The notes below the pieces were generated by a model. That model did no database searches. It was not told the DNA's origin and saw nothing but the letters and a program-made list of their open reading frames with translations. A program made the translations under genes and the position numbers. A DNA stretch of 64,000 nucleotides. It comes from Mustelus asterias. Lineage: Eukaryota. The first letter of the stretch is position 1. Every line of letters starts with the position of its first letter. Positions 46,690-60,619 of the stretch are shown piece by piece. The stretch spans positions 51,770,001 through 51,834,000 of the forward strand of contig NC_135822.1 in assembly GCF_964213995.1 (NCBI RefSeq), in the 5' to 3' direction.

Positions 46690-48915
46690 GAGAGTACAGA
46701 GAGTAGTAAGAAAAATAAGGTGGTAACCGTAGGGGACTTTAACTTTCCTAAAATTGACTGGGACAGCCATAGCATTAGGGGCTTAGATGGAGACGAATTT
46801 GTTGAATAAATCCAGGAGGAATTTCTCATTCAGTATGTGAATGGCCCGACTAGAGATGGGACAAAAATGGACCTCCTCTTGGGAAATAAGGAAGGGCAGG
46901 TGACAGACGATTCAGTGAAAAATCACTTTCGGACTAGTGACCATAATTCCATTCGTTCCAAGATAGCTATGGAGAATAATAGGTCTGCCCAACAAATAAA
47001 ATCTTAAAATGGAGAAAGGCCAATTTGATGGTGTTGGATAGAAACTTTGAACAGCTGATTGGAGGAGTCTGTTGGCAGGCAGAAGAATGTTGGGCAAGTG
47101 GGAGGCTTTCAGAAGTGTGTTAACCAGGTTTCAAGGTAAACACATTCATTTTAAAGCGGAGGGCAAGACTGGCAGAAGTAGGCAACTCTGGATGGCTCGG
47201 GATATTGAGGTCCTGATCAAAAAGAGAAGGAGGCATATGACATACATAGGTAGCTGGGATCAAGTGGGCACCTTTAAGAGTATGAATGTTTTCGGAGTAG
47301 AGTTAAGAGAGACATCAAGAGGGCAAAAAGGAGACACTTACTCTTGAGTAAGGCGGGGATGTTAGGGAACTTGGGAAATAGTGATGTCTTGAGCATTGTA
47401 CACATCATAGAGAAAGAGGTGCTGGAAGTCTTAAAGCGCATCAAGGTAGATAAATTCCCAGGTCGAGAGAAAGTGTGTCACAGGACGTTGTGGGAGGCTA
47501 GGGAGGAAATTGCGGATCCCACAGCAGAGATATTTGCGTCATTGACAGCCGCAGGGGAGGTGCCTCAATATTGGAGAATGGCAAATGTTGTTCCTTTGTT
47601 TAAGAAGAGCTGCATTGAAAAGCATGGGAAGTACCGACTGCTGAGTCTAATGTCTGTAGTAGCAAGGTTCTTAGAAGGTATTCTTATAGATAGGATAAGG
47701 ATCCCTGCAGTGCAGTCGACGTTGTCACGTGGACCTGAGCAAGGCATTTGACAAGGTTTCACATGGTAGGTTGTTGAATAATGCTAAATCTCATGGATCC
47801 AGTGTGAGGTAGCCAATTGAATACACCATTTGTTTGATGACAGAAGACAGAGGTGGTTCCAGAGGGTTGCTTTTCAAGCTGGAGGCTTTGACCAGTGGTG
47901 TGCCTCAGGGATTAGTGTTGTGTCCACTGTAGCTTGTCAGTTATATTAATGATTTGGATAGGGATTTAGGAGACGTTGTTGTAATTTTGCAGATGGCAGC
48001 AAGATTGGTGGCATCGTGGACAACGAGGAAGTTTATCAAGGAAGGCAAAGGGATCTTGATCAATTGGGCCAGTTGTCTGATGAATGACAGATGGAGTTTA
48101 ATTTAGACCAATACGAGGTGATTCATTTTATTTGTTTGAAACAAGGCAGCACTTACTCATTAATGGTAGGACGTTGTGACAATTAAGGACCAAAGCGATC
48201 TAGGAGATCTAGCTCCTTGAAAGTGCACAGGTTGGTGAAGACAGGTGGACAGGTTGGTGAAGACAGCGTTTGGCATGCTTATTTTCATTGGCCAGAACAT
48301 TGAATACAGGAGTTGGGACGTCTTGTTTAAGTTGTTCAATACATCAGTAAGGCCACACTCGGAAAACTGTCTACAGTTCTGGTCAGCCTTTTATGGAAAA
48401 TATATTATTATAATTGGAGGAGTGCAGAAAACATTTACTGGGATGGTACCGAGGCTTGAATGTTGAATTACGAAGAGAGTTTGGTAGACTGGGATCCTTT
48501 TTTTCCTGGAGCGTCAGAGGCTTCGGTGTGATCTTATAGGTGTCAATGAGTTAATGATGGGCATCAATCAGGCAAATAGTCAACATCTTTTCACAGTGTG
48601 AGGGGAGTAAAAACATCGGGGGCATAGTTTAAAGTGAGAGGGAAGAGATACAAAAGGGTGCAGAGAGGCAGGTTTTTCACACAGAGGGTGTTGAGTGTCT
48701 GGAACGAGTTACCAGAGTTAGTAGTAGAGACGGGTACAATGTTGTCTTTTAAAAACCATTTAGGCTGTGACATGAGTAAGATTGGTATACAGGAATATGG
48801 TCCAAACGCGGGCAATTGAGATTAGTGTAATGGTAAAACCTGGACAGCATGTACATGTTGGGCCGAAGGGCCGATTTCCATGCTAAAACCCTCAATGAAT
48901 ATATGACTCTATGAC
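46690..48915 (+). mobile_element. Degraded CR1 ORF2 with internal deletions
   Basis: GDFNFPKIDW near 46730, [18 protein letters not shown]; (CTCTATGA) tail near 48905. Confidence 0.88.
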
Positions 48916-49649
48916 ACGTGCTTAAAATGATTTCCAATGAAACCAAACGACGGATTAAACAGAAAGACAGGTTAACAGGGCATGTGGTTTGGATCTGAAA
49001 TGAACAGCCTGAGAATGTGGCAAACATAGATTCCATAAAAAAATAAGCTGAATAAACAACTGAAACGGTAATTTGCAGCACAATTTTGGGGAGGCGGGAA
49101 GTGAGATTAACTGTGCTGACCTGGCAGAGAGCAGGCACTGACAAGACAGACTACATGGCAAATTGCAGGTTTACAAAAGACATCAGATTCATTTTTATTA
49201 AATTAATTATTGAATCGAATTTACCCAGGTAAACAGAACAGTCATATTTCAGAGTCTTGAGTATCCGAAAGGACAGTGTGACATCCGAGAATTAATAAAC
49301 GAATGGTCAGTCAGATTGAATGTCATCTCAAACGATACGAGAATTGATGGGAGTCATGATGTTTACATGAAAATTTCTACCCCTGTTTAGCACTGTTTCT
49401 AATTATGAAAATATGTCTGGACATGTCCAGTCTATGAGATCTGTAGATTTCAATTAAATCCCAGCACTTCAAATAATCGCTCAATTGGGAATTGCAGTAA
49501 GTGTTGCAATTTGTTTGTTCAAACTATAAGAAAAAATGTCGAATTCTGCAACATCAGTATCTCCGAGAAGTCCTGCAGCGTATCAAGTTAGTGGACGGGA
49601 AAGATATCAGCTCATATTTAATTCAAAACCATTGCTTGCTGCATAGAGA

Positions 49650-52083
49650 AAAAAAAACATCGACCAAATCATTGGGCCAGGAAAATACACGGTCCTTGTC
49701 ATTGTTGGTGTTCCTGGAAAGCGTCAGAAACCAATTGAGTTGAGTAAATTTGTACATTAGCTTGTTTCTGCTGAATGATATGTGAATGATAATGATAATG
49801 ATCATTTGGATCCAATTATCACATTTATTCACACACCTTTTCAACAATAATATTTACAAAATTTCCTGTTTTTTCTCTCCGGTTATATTCTGCTGCATCA
49901 ACTGCCTCACATGCTCTTTGAATGCCAATGTTACTGTATTCCTCTCAATGCTGTGGCCAGTTAAATTGAACACCCCATCAGGAAATTCATGAGAAAAAGG
50001 TATTACCGGGATTATCTGGCAGCATAGAATTATACTGAAGGTGGTAACTAAATGGAGCAAAACGGCTGACTGGTCGCCATTTGTTGCATAGAAAAACATA
50101 GAAACCCTATAGTGCAGAAAGAGGCCATTTGGCCCATTGAGTCTGCAGCGACCACAATCCCACCCAGGCCCTACCTCATATCCCGACACATTTACCCACT
50201 AATCCCCCTAACCTACGCATCTCAGGACAGTAAGTTGCAATTTTTAGCATGGCCAATCAACCTAACCCGCACATCTTTGGACTGTGGGAGGAAACCGGAA
50301 CACCCGGAGGAAACCCAAACAGACACGAGGAGAATGTGCAAACTCCACACCATGTTACCACGCGTTACTATTCCTCAGTCGAAAATTGTATAAAGTGTGG
50401 GCAACAAACTGCAGTCAACACCTAAAACCAGTAACATATATTTCCTGGACAACCTGTCCTGGAACATTTGTGTTCTGGGTGGGGCATCATCTTTCCCTTC
50501 GTTTAAGTAGAGTGAATGACAGCACTTCGTGTACTGTTTAGTCTCCTTTCTAAAGCATGGTTTTGAGAATCATTGAGCTATGCGTGCAGTGCTTTAATAA
50601 ATAGTATGCGAAGCAATAACTGATAACCATGATTAGTTCAAACTCAAGTCATATTTTAAAGCACAGAAAATCTGCCTAGCTCTCTTACACCTGTTTCCCT
50701 GCACCGCTCGGGGTTCCCTCAATTCCAGTTGCCCAACATCCATTTATCTGGATTTTTTTCTGATTCTTTCCACCCCATAGATAAACCTTGCTTATTCTTA
50801 CATGAATTTTCATTTTAACTTCTCCAATTAGTATCAACTTCACATTCTCACCACTCTCAGAGTAAAGCATTCTCTCTTGATTAATTTTGTGGGTTGTCCA
50901 GAGATTCGTCTTATATTTATGTAATACAGAATTGGATACGTTTACGCGTATTACCATAATCCTATCGACCTTTGCACTCTGAAATCACATCTCCATAAGG
51001 TGAAACAACACCCTTCTCTATGCACAGAGGAAGACAGATAATACCAGGCATTTCACAAATTATTATTTTGACGCACAGTATGTCTACTTGTCTCTCAGTC
51101 AGAACGTTGCATTGTGATGGGCAGACGAGAACATCACTCCTGCTAAACGTGCTTAAGCACGGTGCTTCATAGATTAATTTGACTTTTCTTTTAATAACAT
51201 TCTGTAAAAAAATGACCGTCTGGGCTTTGAACCTATTTACAACATATCACTTATTTCTTTCCTAAACTTAGCTTATTCGTGCGTTTATTAATTGGATACT
51301 GCCATGACCTGGAGATCAACGCAGGACTGCTGCTAGTCTGGGCTGGAAGCGGGGATAGAGTGTGTCAATATTGCGCCGATACCTGGAAATTAGGGGGTTT
51401 GAATGTATTTGAGTTAATTGTTCAGGTTCACTCTAACTTAACCTCAGCTTAACCCACAATTTATTGATTCTAAATTCTAAACTACCGATGTGCAGACCCT
51501 GAGAATTAATGTAATTGATTTCTAGTTTATCTCGTGCTCTCTTTCCACCAGTTAACTTAGTGGCCATCGTGATTCTGTCCTGGGGAAACTGGGGCCTCTC
51601 GACCTTCACCAATCGGTACTTGGTGGCAATGGCAACACCGGATCTGCTGGCTTTTATTACTGAGATAATTCTCAATCGAATCGAGTATTATTATTTTCCA
51701 GCAACTTTTCTAGGACTTAATCCTGTGTGCAGTATTCACTATGTCTTTCTCCGTGCATCACTTGTCTATTCTGTCTGGTTCACCAACGCTTTCACTTTTG
51801 ATCGATTTGTCGCCATTTGTTGTCAGAATGTAAAATCAAAATATTGCACCAAGAAAACTGCGGTCGTGGTTCTAGCAACAATTGGAATTGTACTCTGTTT
51901 ACATAACATTCCCATCTACTTCAGATTTAAACCAAATACTACCACTGATAATATATCATGGCAATGTTCTAATAAGTGAAGCTATTTTACTGATCCAAGA
52001 TGGACTGTATTTAGAAAGTTTGAAAAAAAAAATTAAGCCCGCTGACACCGTTTGGTTTAATTATCTTATTCAGTGCTCGAACA

Positions 52084-52114
<31 letters not shown>

Positions 52115-52459
52115 TACTGGCCAATCGAGTCTGAAAAGGGCTGCGGGGTCAGAACAAAGACGAGAATCAAAGTGACCCAGAGATGGAGACCAGAAGGAAG
52201 TCTATAATTTTACCCTTCAAAATATCTTGCAGCTTCATACTTGTGTGGTTTGTGGACGTTTACTATTTTTTGAGAGTCCAGATGGCTAAGATGATAATTC
52301 CTTTCATATTTTTGACAACATCGCGTATATGCTGTGGGATTTAAGTTGCTGAACAAACACATTCATTTATGAACTTTGACTCATTCGAAGTTCAGAGAGC
52401 AGTTGAAGAGCATGTTGAAATATCCGATTCCATCAATTATTAAATTAATTGATAACTAA
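49650..52459 (+). pseudogene. Second GPR139-like GPCR pseudogene (exon 1 remnant about 49650-49716; exon 2 from 51552)
   Basis: Exon 1 IDQIIGPGKYTVLVIVGVP followed by gaaagc (donor lost); ccaccag|TTAAC VNLVAIVILS, FTFDRFVAICC; stop at 51977, frameshifts, (TA)n at 52082-52113, stop in TM7 near 52350. Confidence 0.85.
50088..50351 (-). mobile_element. HE1-like V-SINE (young, 5'-truncated) in the GPCR intron
   Basis: CATAGAAA tail, GCACATCTTTGGACTGTGGGAGGAAACCGGA. Confidence 0.9.
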
Positions 52460-54579
52460 ATATATAAAATAAACTCAACTTAATCATCCAGAGTTGTGCT
52501 GCCAGAGGTGGCTGCTGGAGGACCAGCAGGCGAGGGCCTGGAGAATTAAGAATCTTCAAAGAACAGATAACGATGAATATAGGGAACATGCGAGGGTGGG
52601 TGAGAAGTAAATTCGGAGCTGACATTTTTCCTTCAGTACAAAACAAATGGCAGGGAAATGGGGACAGGACAGACATTTAGCTGACCAGAAATAAAATAAC
52701 ACAGGCAATCAGAAATAACATTGAGCAACGGGAAAATTGCAAGAGAAACACTCTGATGATCTGCAGCAACGCTGAAGGAGGGATCTAAACAGCAGAGCTG
52801 ATTCCTGCAGAAATTTGACAGGAGTGTGAGACATTTGATGGAACCCGTGCCCTCTGAAATATCTGCCTGATCGCTGACAATCTCTATCTCTCTCCACCCA
52901 CCTGTGCCCCGATGCAACCCGTGGTAGGTGTCTTTATGATCAGGTCTCGTTAAATCAAGCCCAGGAGGGCAGGTGAGCAGCATGGTCCTGCCACCGAGGC
53001 TGCAAACAGTATTGTACCTGCTCAAAGAGACCTATATCCCATTGTTTTCTCCAGAATCGACAATACCAAAGCAATCCTGCCCAAACTTTGACTATTCATA
53101 CTCCAGGCTCGTTACTATAATTATTCAATTTTGTGATTAAACTCACACACATTCCCATTCAGCAAACAGTCACTTCACTCGCTGAGCTGCATTAGTTTCC
53201 AAAGAGCTACAGCAGAATTTTAAAACACATATTTGATTTCCCAACCCTCCATGTCCTCAATCATCACTTTCTCAGTAAACATCTCCAGGTCTACAAAATT
53301 ACATATCTCTGCAACGTCTTCCAACCCACAGCCCTCCCCCCCCACCCGCCCCCACTCCCCCCCCCCCCCCCCTCCGCCCCACACTTCAACACAGTAAATT
53401 GCTCCATGTCCTACCATCCATCCAACTCTGCAATCTCCCACATAGACTATAATCTCACTTAACGCTGTCAGTTCTCGGCTAAATATTACGTCCAGATGTA
53501 TAACACTTTATAGGTCGGACAGCTGTCCATGTCTCTACAAACTGCTTCAGATCCGCAAAGTTCCCTATCTCCATGTTCTCTTTTACTCACTCTCTCACTC
53601 GGACCCTCGCTCTCACTCTCTAAATAACAGATTCATTTTGTACACTCTCAGAGATTGCTTAGGTGCATCTCTCAGAACTGCTTGCAGATCGCATACTTTC
53701 ATCACCATTGCCTTCCCATCTGATTCCACTTCCTCTTTCATCGATTTACCCTCTTTCCTTCCCATCCATTCTGCCTTAATCATCTCCGTCTGTGCCACCA
53801 TCACTCTCTTACACTCATTCCCACATTTCTCACGGTTCCTCCCATCCCATCTCCTGCATCTCGATTTTGTTCCATTGCCACTCTCTGCCCAACACACACA
53901 AACTTTCACTGCAATCTATCTTCCATTTATTTCTATCTTGCTGTTTTCTATTCCTTACATATCTCCCTCCCTCGTCCATTCCCGCTTCTCTTCCTCTCTG
54001 TCTCTCCTCCACATTCAAAACCATTTGTTCTCTTTCCCCTCTCCATCTCTGTCTTTTGCTCTCACTCATGTATCTCAAATGTTTCCAAAAGACATAGCGC
54101 AAAATTCACTTTGTCTGAGATAGTTGCTTAAACTGCCAGGTGATAATGAATATATGAATGGACGAAATAGCGAGTGATTTACTCTGTATCTACATCTTGT
54201 GATAGAAATGTTTGATGGGGCGTGTTGCTCTTTGCTCTGTTTGAAACCCCGTGATTCACCTGTACTGGAGTGTTTGGTGGGACACTGTTCAGGAGCATTT
54301 GCTTCGGAACTGTACCTGTGTTAGCTGCAATGGGGGTCATGCGTGGGGACAGTTTAACGGATCTCGGATCTCCCCGTTCTGTTCAATATTAAATATAAAC
54401 CTCCAGCGTCACACTTGTTGATCTGAAACATGTTTATTCATTACCTTTATCCAAAATCGTCTCAAGTGGGACAAAGTAGGGCACATGCTTTTGAGAACAC
54501 CCGAACTGAAAAGAAACGCAGGAGACATACACTGTACAAGTACATCACACATATTGCGAAGCCTATAAAACTCCCTCAA

Positions 54580-54790
54580 GTCTGGAATATAAATGATAAA
54601 TAACAGTCGACACAGCACTGATCCCTGAGGCATACTGCTGGTCACAGGCCTCCAGTTTGAAAAACAATTCTCCACAACACCCTCTGGCTTCTATCAAGAA
54701 GCCAATTTTGCATCAATTTAGACACCTGACCCTAAATCCCGTGAGATTCAACCTGATGCAACAATCTACCATGCGGTACCTTGTCAAAGA
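54580..54790 (-). mobile_element. CR1 RT fragment
   Basis: DKVPHG...WRPVTSSMPQGSVL on the minus strand. Confidence 0.8.
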
Positions 54791-54799
54791 TTGTCAAAG

Positions 54800-55565
54800 G
54801 TATGCATGGCAGATGTAGTATTATTTCTTGAATGGGTGTAAATTGAAAATGGTGGATACTTCTCCAAACCTTGGCGTCCACGTGCATCAGTTGCTGAAAG
54901 CAAGCAGGCAGGTACAGCAGGCAGTAAAGAAGTGAAGTAGTAGGCTAGCCTTCATAGCGAGATAATTTGAATGTTGAGATCGTGATGTTTCACTGCAATT
55001 GTATAGGACTTTGCTGAGGCCACACCTGGATTTTTTGTGCAGTTTTGGTGTCCTTATCTGAGCAAGGATGTACTTGCTATCGAGAGAATAAAGCGAAGTT
55101 TTACCAGGCTCGTAACTGGGTTGGCCGCTCTGTCATATGAGGAGAGACTAAATCGATTAAGATTCTATTCACTAGAGTTGAGAAGGGGATCTCATAGAAA
55201 CTTATAGAATTCTAACAGATTTCGACAGGGTATATTCAGAAAGAATGTTCCCAATGGCGGAGGAGCCCAAAATTAGTGATCATAGTTAGAAGATAAGGGG
55301 TAATATATTTTGATCTGAGGTAAGCAGAATTTGTTTTCAGCCAGAGGGCGGTGAATGTGTGTAATTCACTACCACAGAACGTAGTTGAGGCCAAAAGGTT
55401 GTCTGTTTTCAGAGAAGAAATTAGATATAACTCTCGAGTCTGAAGGGATCACGGGATACGGGGGAAGGGGGGATCAGGATATTGAATTCTATGATCAGCA
55501 TGATCATAATGAATGGTGCAGTCGGCTCGAAGGACCAAATGGCCTATTCCTTCTACTAGTTTCTC
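54800..55565 (+). mobile_element. Degraded CR1 3' end
   Basis: RPHL..VQFWCPYL, GDLIETYRIL, CR1 3' UTR. Confidence 0.8.
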
Positions 55566-56952
55566 TGCTCATATTGTTTTACTCCGTGGCTCGAAGAGGA
55601 ATTAAAACTTCGTGTCAAATCCCCTGTAATCTCGTCCCTTGTCTCTCACAGCAGCCTGGGACACAATTCATCCGGAGCTGGAGATTTGTCCACGTTTAAG
55701 CCTGCAAATAACACCAATACCTTGTGCTTCGCTTTGCCAAAGTGCTCGACAATCTCAGAGTGTCTCTCCCTCAATTCTATACCTTCATCATCATTCTAAT
55801 GATTGCAGACGGGTATAAAATATTCGTTCAACTCTCTGACATTGGCCTCAGTTTCCATCCACAGGTTGTCTTCTTGCTTCCTAAAGACCCTTACTCGTTC
55901 AGAGCTGCTCATTACAGTTCAGTTGCCTGTTATATTGATCCATCAGTAGATTCATCAATCATAAACATTGGCATCTTCCGCTGAAGTCTTCATTTGAAGC
56001 TGCTTATATTTTTCGGTGAAAAATCTGAAAATGGTTCCAGTAATCAGGGAGTCTAGGTACACGCATTATTTCCAGAAATTCTGCGCAATCAACTTAGAGA
56101 AGTAATGAATGAGAGCTGAGGAATATGACATTAAAAACCAATGGGTAAGGGGAAGTTGCCACAGGCGGTGATCAACTTGATAAGGAAGAAGACATTTCCA
56201 TTGTTGGGATGCTGAGGGACCAAAGGGTCACAGGTTAATGTTACTCGCAAAAACATGCAAAGGCAATGTACAAAAGAACCTTGCATACTGTGCGAGCTTA
56301 TACATTGCAATGCACTGTCTCAGATGATATGATGGCTTTCAATAAAAAAAATACTTAATTGCCTGAGGCCACAGGCCATTATAGGGCGAAAGGGAAAGTG
56401 CTGAGAATTCTCTGTGTTGATTTTGTTCTTGCGGGAAACTGACAATGGACAGGAAGAGCCTATTCCTGTGCTCCAAGCATCCGATAATTATATGACCCCC
56501 ATTCTGATACATTTCAAGTAAATCTCCAAGTCAAACCAAAAATTCCAAAGAACGTCTGGTTAATTGGCAGAAATTGAAGTCAAGGTTACAGTGAAATTGC
56601 CAAGCACAATTTGGCAAACATGTTCTGTTGGGCTTTGCAGCAATTGACATGACATGCTGCATAGCCGAGTGCTCCATACCACTGAGAGCCAGAAGTAACC
56701 ATGTTGAACTTGTCGGAGAGTATCTGAATTCGACCATGTGAAGTGGCATTTGAACTTTGAAGCAGACCCTCATACACTTGCGGACCGTGTAGTCGAACAT
56801 CATGCCCTGTTCCACAGTTTATATTGACACAGCCCTCTTAGAAGTTAGAATTTTCCATCTACTAGATAATCAATAACTCAGTTCAATATGTCCAACATTC
56901 AGAAGAGCCATTTTGAAGTGATTATTTTGTCATATTATCCAACAATGGAATA

Positions 56953-58165
56953 TTGACAAAAACGGTTGATGAAGGAAGGGCCGTGGATGTCGTCTATATG
57001 GATTTCAGTAAGGCATTTGACAAAGTCCCACATGGCAGGTTGGTTAAGAAGGTTAAGGCTCATGGGATACAAGGAGAAGTGGCTAGATGGGTGGAGAACT
57101 GGCTTGGCCATAGGAGACAGAGGGTAGTGGTCGAAGGGTCTTTTTCCGGCTGGAGGTCTGTGACCAGTGGTGTTCTGCAGGGCTCTGTATTGGGACCTCT
57201 GCTATTTGTGATATATATAAATGATTTGGAAGAAGGTGTAACTGGTGTAATCAGCAAGTTTGCGGATGACATGAAGATGGCTGGACTTGCGGATAGCGAA
57301 GAGCATGGTCAGGCAATACAGCAGGATATAGATAGGCTGGAAAATTGGGCGGAGAGGTGGCAGATGGAGTTTAATCCGGATAAATGCGAAGTGATGCATT
57401 TTGGAAGAAATAATGTAGGGAGGAGTTATACAATAAATGGCAGAGTCATCAGGAGTATAGAAACACAGAGGGACCGAGGTTTGCAAGTCCACAAATCCTT
57501 GAAGGTGGCAACACAGGTGGAGAAGGTGATGAAGAAGGCATATGGTATGCTTGCCTTTATAGGACGGGGTATGGAGTATAAAAGCTGGAGTCTGATGATG
57601 CAGCTGTATAGAACGCTGGTTAGGCCACATTTGGAGTACTGCGTTCAGTTCTGGTCGCCGCACTACCAGAAGGACGTGGAGGCGTTAGTGAGAGTGCAGA
57701 GAAGGTTTACCAGGATGTTGCCTGGCATGGAGGGTCTTAGCTATGAGGAGAGATTGGGTAGACTGGGGTTGTTCTCCTTGGAAAGACGGAGAATGAGGGG
57801 AGATCTAATAGAGGTGTACAAGATTATGAAGGGGATAGATAGGGTGAACAGTGGGAATCTTTTTCCCAGGTCGGAGGTGACGATCACGAGGGGTCACGGG
57901 CTCAAGCTGAGAGGGGCGAAGTATAACTCGGATATCAGAGGGACGTTTTTTACACAGAGGGTGGTGGGGGCCTGGAATGCGCTGCCAAGTAGGGTGGAGG
58001 AGGCAGGCACGCTGACATCGTTTAAGACTTACCTGGATAGTCACATGAGCAGCCTGGGAATGGAGGGATACAAACGATTGGTCTAGTTGGACCAAGGAGC
58101 GGCACAGGCTTGGAGGGCCGAAGGGACTGTTTCCTGTGCTGTACTGTTCTTTGTTCTTTGTTCTA
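56953..58165 (+). mobile_element. Young 5'-truncated CR1 with uninterrupted 377-aa RT C-terminal frame
   Basis: [23 protein letters not shown]; (TTCTTTG)n tail. Confidence 0.97.
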
Positions 58166-59199
58166 TTAAATACTTGTTTGCATGTATATATGGACACGAG
58201 GACAAAGTGGGGCCTTATTATCAAATAGCAAGGCATCATGAAGTTACACTGATGTGGGGAATTCCACGTTGGTGACCAGATTGTATAAAGTTCAACAAAG
58301 CAGCTTTGATAAGTGAACTCTTGCATAAGTAAATGAAACTCAGTCTTCAAAGCACAGTAAAATTTTACGATAGTTTTATTGAAACATAGGAAATACAAAA
58401 CGAAAAACAAACAATAGTCAAGCAAACAAATAATTTGGCCAAAGGAGAGTTCCAAGATATGCTTATTGACACAACAGCACCATTGAGTTTTCTCCAAAGA
58501 TCTCCATTTTCGCACGGGAGGCTTGGTCAAGTAAATAGTTTGGTTATCTCAATTATCTCAAAATACACCCACATATTTAATTTACAGAGGTTAACTTAAT
58601 CAGCATGTCACTCCAAAGTCGAATGTTCATTTCTCAACTGAGTGTTATATTAAACACGTGCATATTTACAATGTAGCATAACTGGCACCAGTTAACGTGC
58701 TTCCAAACCGTGGAAGTATTCAGAAATTCTGCCCATATCAATTAGTGAGAACACAAAAACATATCCCGAATATTCCAGGAATCTCCTACTCCATTCGCTG
58801 CCCCTTTCCCAGATCTGCATTGCTGGCCGAGAATTCCTTTCTTGGGCTCTTTCGAAATCACGTTCCTTACAGGTTGCGTTGGATCGAAATGGATGTGGTG
58901 AAGCAGAGGAGTTGTCTTTTTAGTAGTAATCCAGGGACAGGATAATATTCTGGAGTGCTATTTCAGTTCAACACTGCTAAGAGAATCCAGACCTGGCCAT
59001 GTGAGAAATCATCACCCAACCAGGAACTAACTCAAAACTGCAAATCTGCCCGAACATCCCAAGACAGAAAGTTATTGTTGATGACCCACGTTGGAAATCG
59101 TTGGCATTGAAGTCCGCACAACGGATGGCTCTAACTGGAGAGATTTATTACTCTCGATTCGCACCCAGCAACAACAGCAGCTTCTGTTGGAGACACCGT

Positions 59200-59902
59200 G
59201 GCTAAACCTTTTGCAACTGACAGTCAAAAAGACATATGGAATGCTTGAATTCATGAGCGAGGCGTAGGCTGACACATCAGAGAAGTCATCTTTGAGTTGT
59301 ATAGAACTTTGATGAGGCCACAGCTGGAGTACTGTGTGCAGTTCTCGTTGCCATATTATAGGAAGGATGAGATTGCATTGCGCGGGGGGGGGGGGGGGGG
59401 GGGGGAGGGGGGGGGGCGGGGGGGGGGGGCCGGTGCAGTGGTCATTGACCAGGATGCTGCCTAGAATGGACAATTTATGTTATGAAATGAGCTTGGGTAG
59501 GCGTCAGTTGTTTCCGTTGGAGCAGAGAAGACTGAGGGGGCAATCGAATCGAATTGCACAAGACTATGTTGGGCATGGACAGAGTGGATAAGAAGCAGCT
59601 GTTCCCCTCAGTTGAAGGGTAGGTGCCGAGAAATATAAAGGCTCAAGGTGAGGGGTGTGAGCAGAAATACTTTTACCTGGAGGATGGTGAATATCTGGAA
59701 TGTGCTGCTGGATGTCTGTTGGAACTGGGTTTATTCACACCCTTTTGCAAGTACCTGGCTGAGCACGTGGCACGCCATAGCATTCAACAAAATGCGCAAA
59801 GTGGTGGTAAATGGAATTAGGTGGAGGTCAGGAGTTTCACACGTGTCTGTGCAGGCTCGATGGACTGACGGTCCTCTTTTGCATTGTATGATTCTATGAT
59901 TC
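59200..59902 (+). mobile_element. Degraded CR1 3' end containing a long G-run
   Basis: RPQLEYCVQF, LTRMLP, (ATTCTATG) tail; G-run at 59383-59430. Confidence 0.8.
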
Positions 59903-60619
59903 TGCGAATTATTTCGTAGTTCAAATCACGGTGCATTTGATCGGATTGCCCTGAATTGTGCTTCACTCATGGTCTCACTGCCTTACAATGGACTGATATG
60001 GAGGCCGCTAAGTGAATGAAGAATTTTAGATTTGACATCTCGCTGTTCCCGAGTGCATGCAGTAATAGTAACCACAGCTGGTCTGCCGTACATATGACTT
60101 TAGTTCAAGTGCAATGATGTTGACCCCATACTGCCCTCTCAAGAGCAATTGGGATTGACAATATTTGCTGGCACATGTATCATGATATTTTTTTCAATAA
60201 TCAGCGGGCGAGGACAAGCTGCATTCCATTAAGACGCAAGTTGCCCAATTCAGTAGTATTCCTTCCTGAAAGCACAGAATATCTCTGCAACATTTCATTC
60301 AATTTCCAATGTGTTCGTGAATGGTTGTACGAGTGAATGGGTGTGCGCGTGAAAGGGCGGGTAGATGATCGGCTTGTGGAAAATGGGGCAAGTTCAGTGT
60401 GGAATGTGGCTGAATGTTCGCTGGACATTCAGATGTTCAGGTTGGTAGGACACTTAGGTCGTGTTGGGAGAACGTGGCAAGTCAGAACTTGACAAGGCAA
60501 AAGGGCAGACGATGGGTGCTAGGTTGGGGTAGTGGAGGGATGGTGGGTGATTTGCAGGGTCAGATTGTGTAGTTGTTTCATTACATCGGATCATGGATGT
60601 TGAGGGAAAAGTGACCACA

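Noticed and set aside
53580-54123. Hydrophobic Ser/Leu/Phe-rich ORFs suggesting a membrane protein (also 34076..34558, 37603..38064)
   Set aside because: Translation of pyrimidine-rich low-complexity or retroelement UTR sequence
54580-55565. Twin-priming 5' inversion of one CR1
   Set aside because: Orientation fits, but the halves resemble different subfamilies, the FADD region is missing and no TSD is visible
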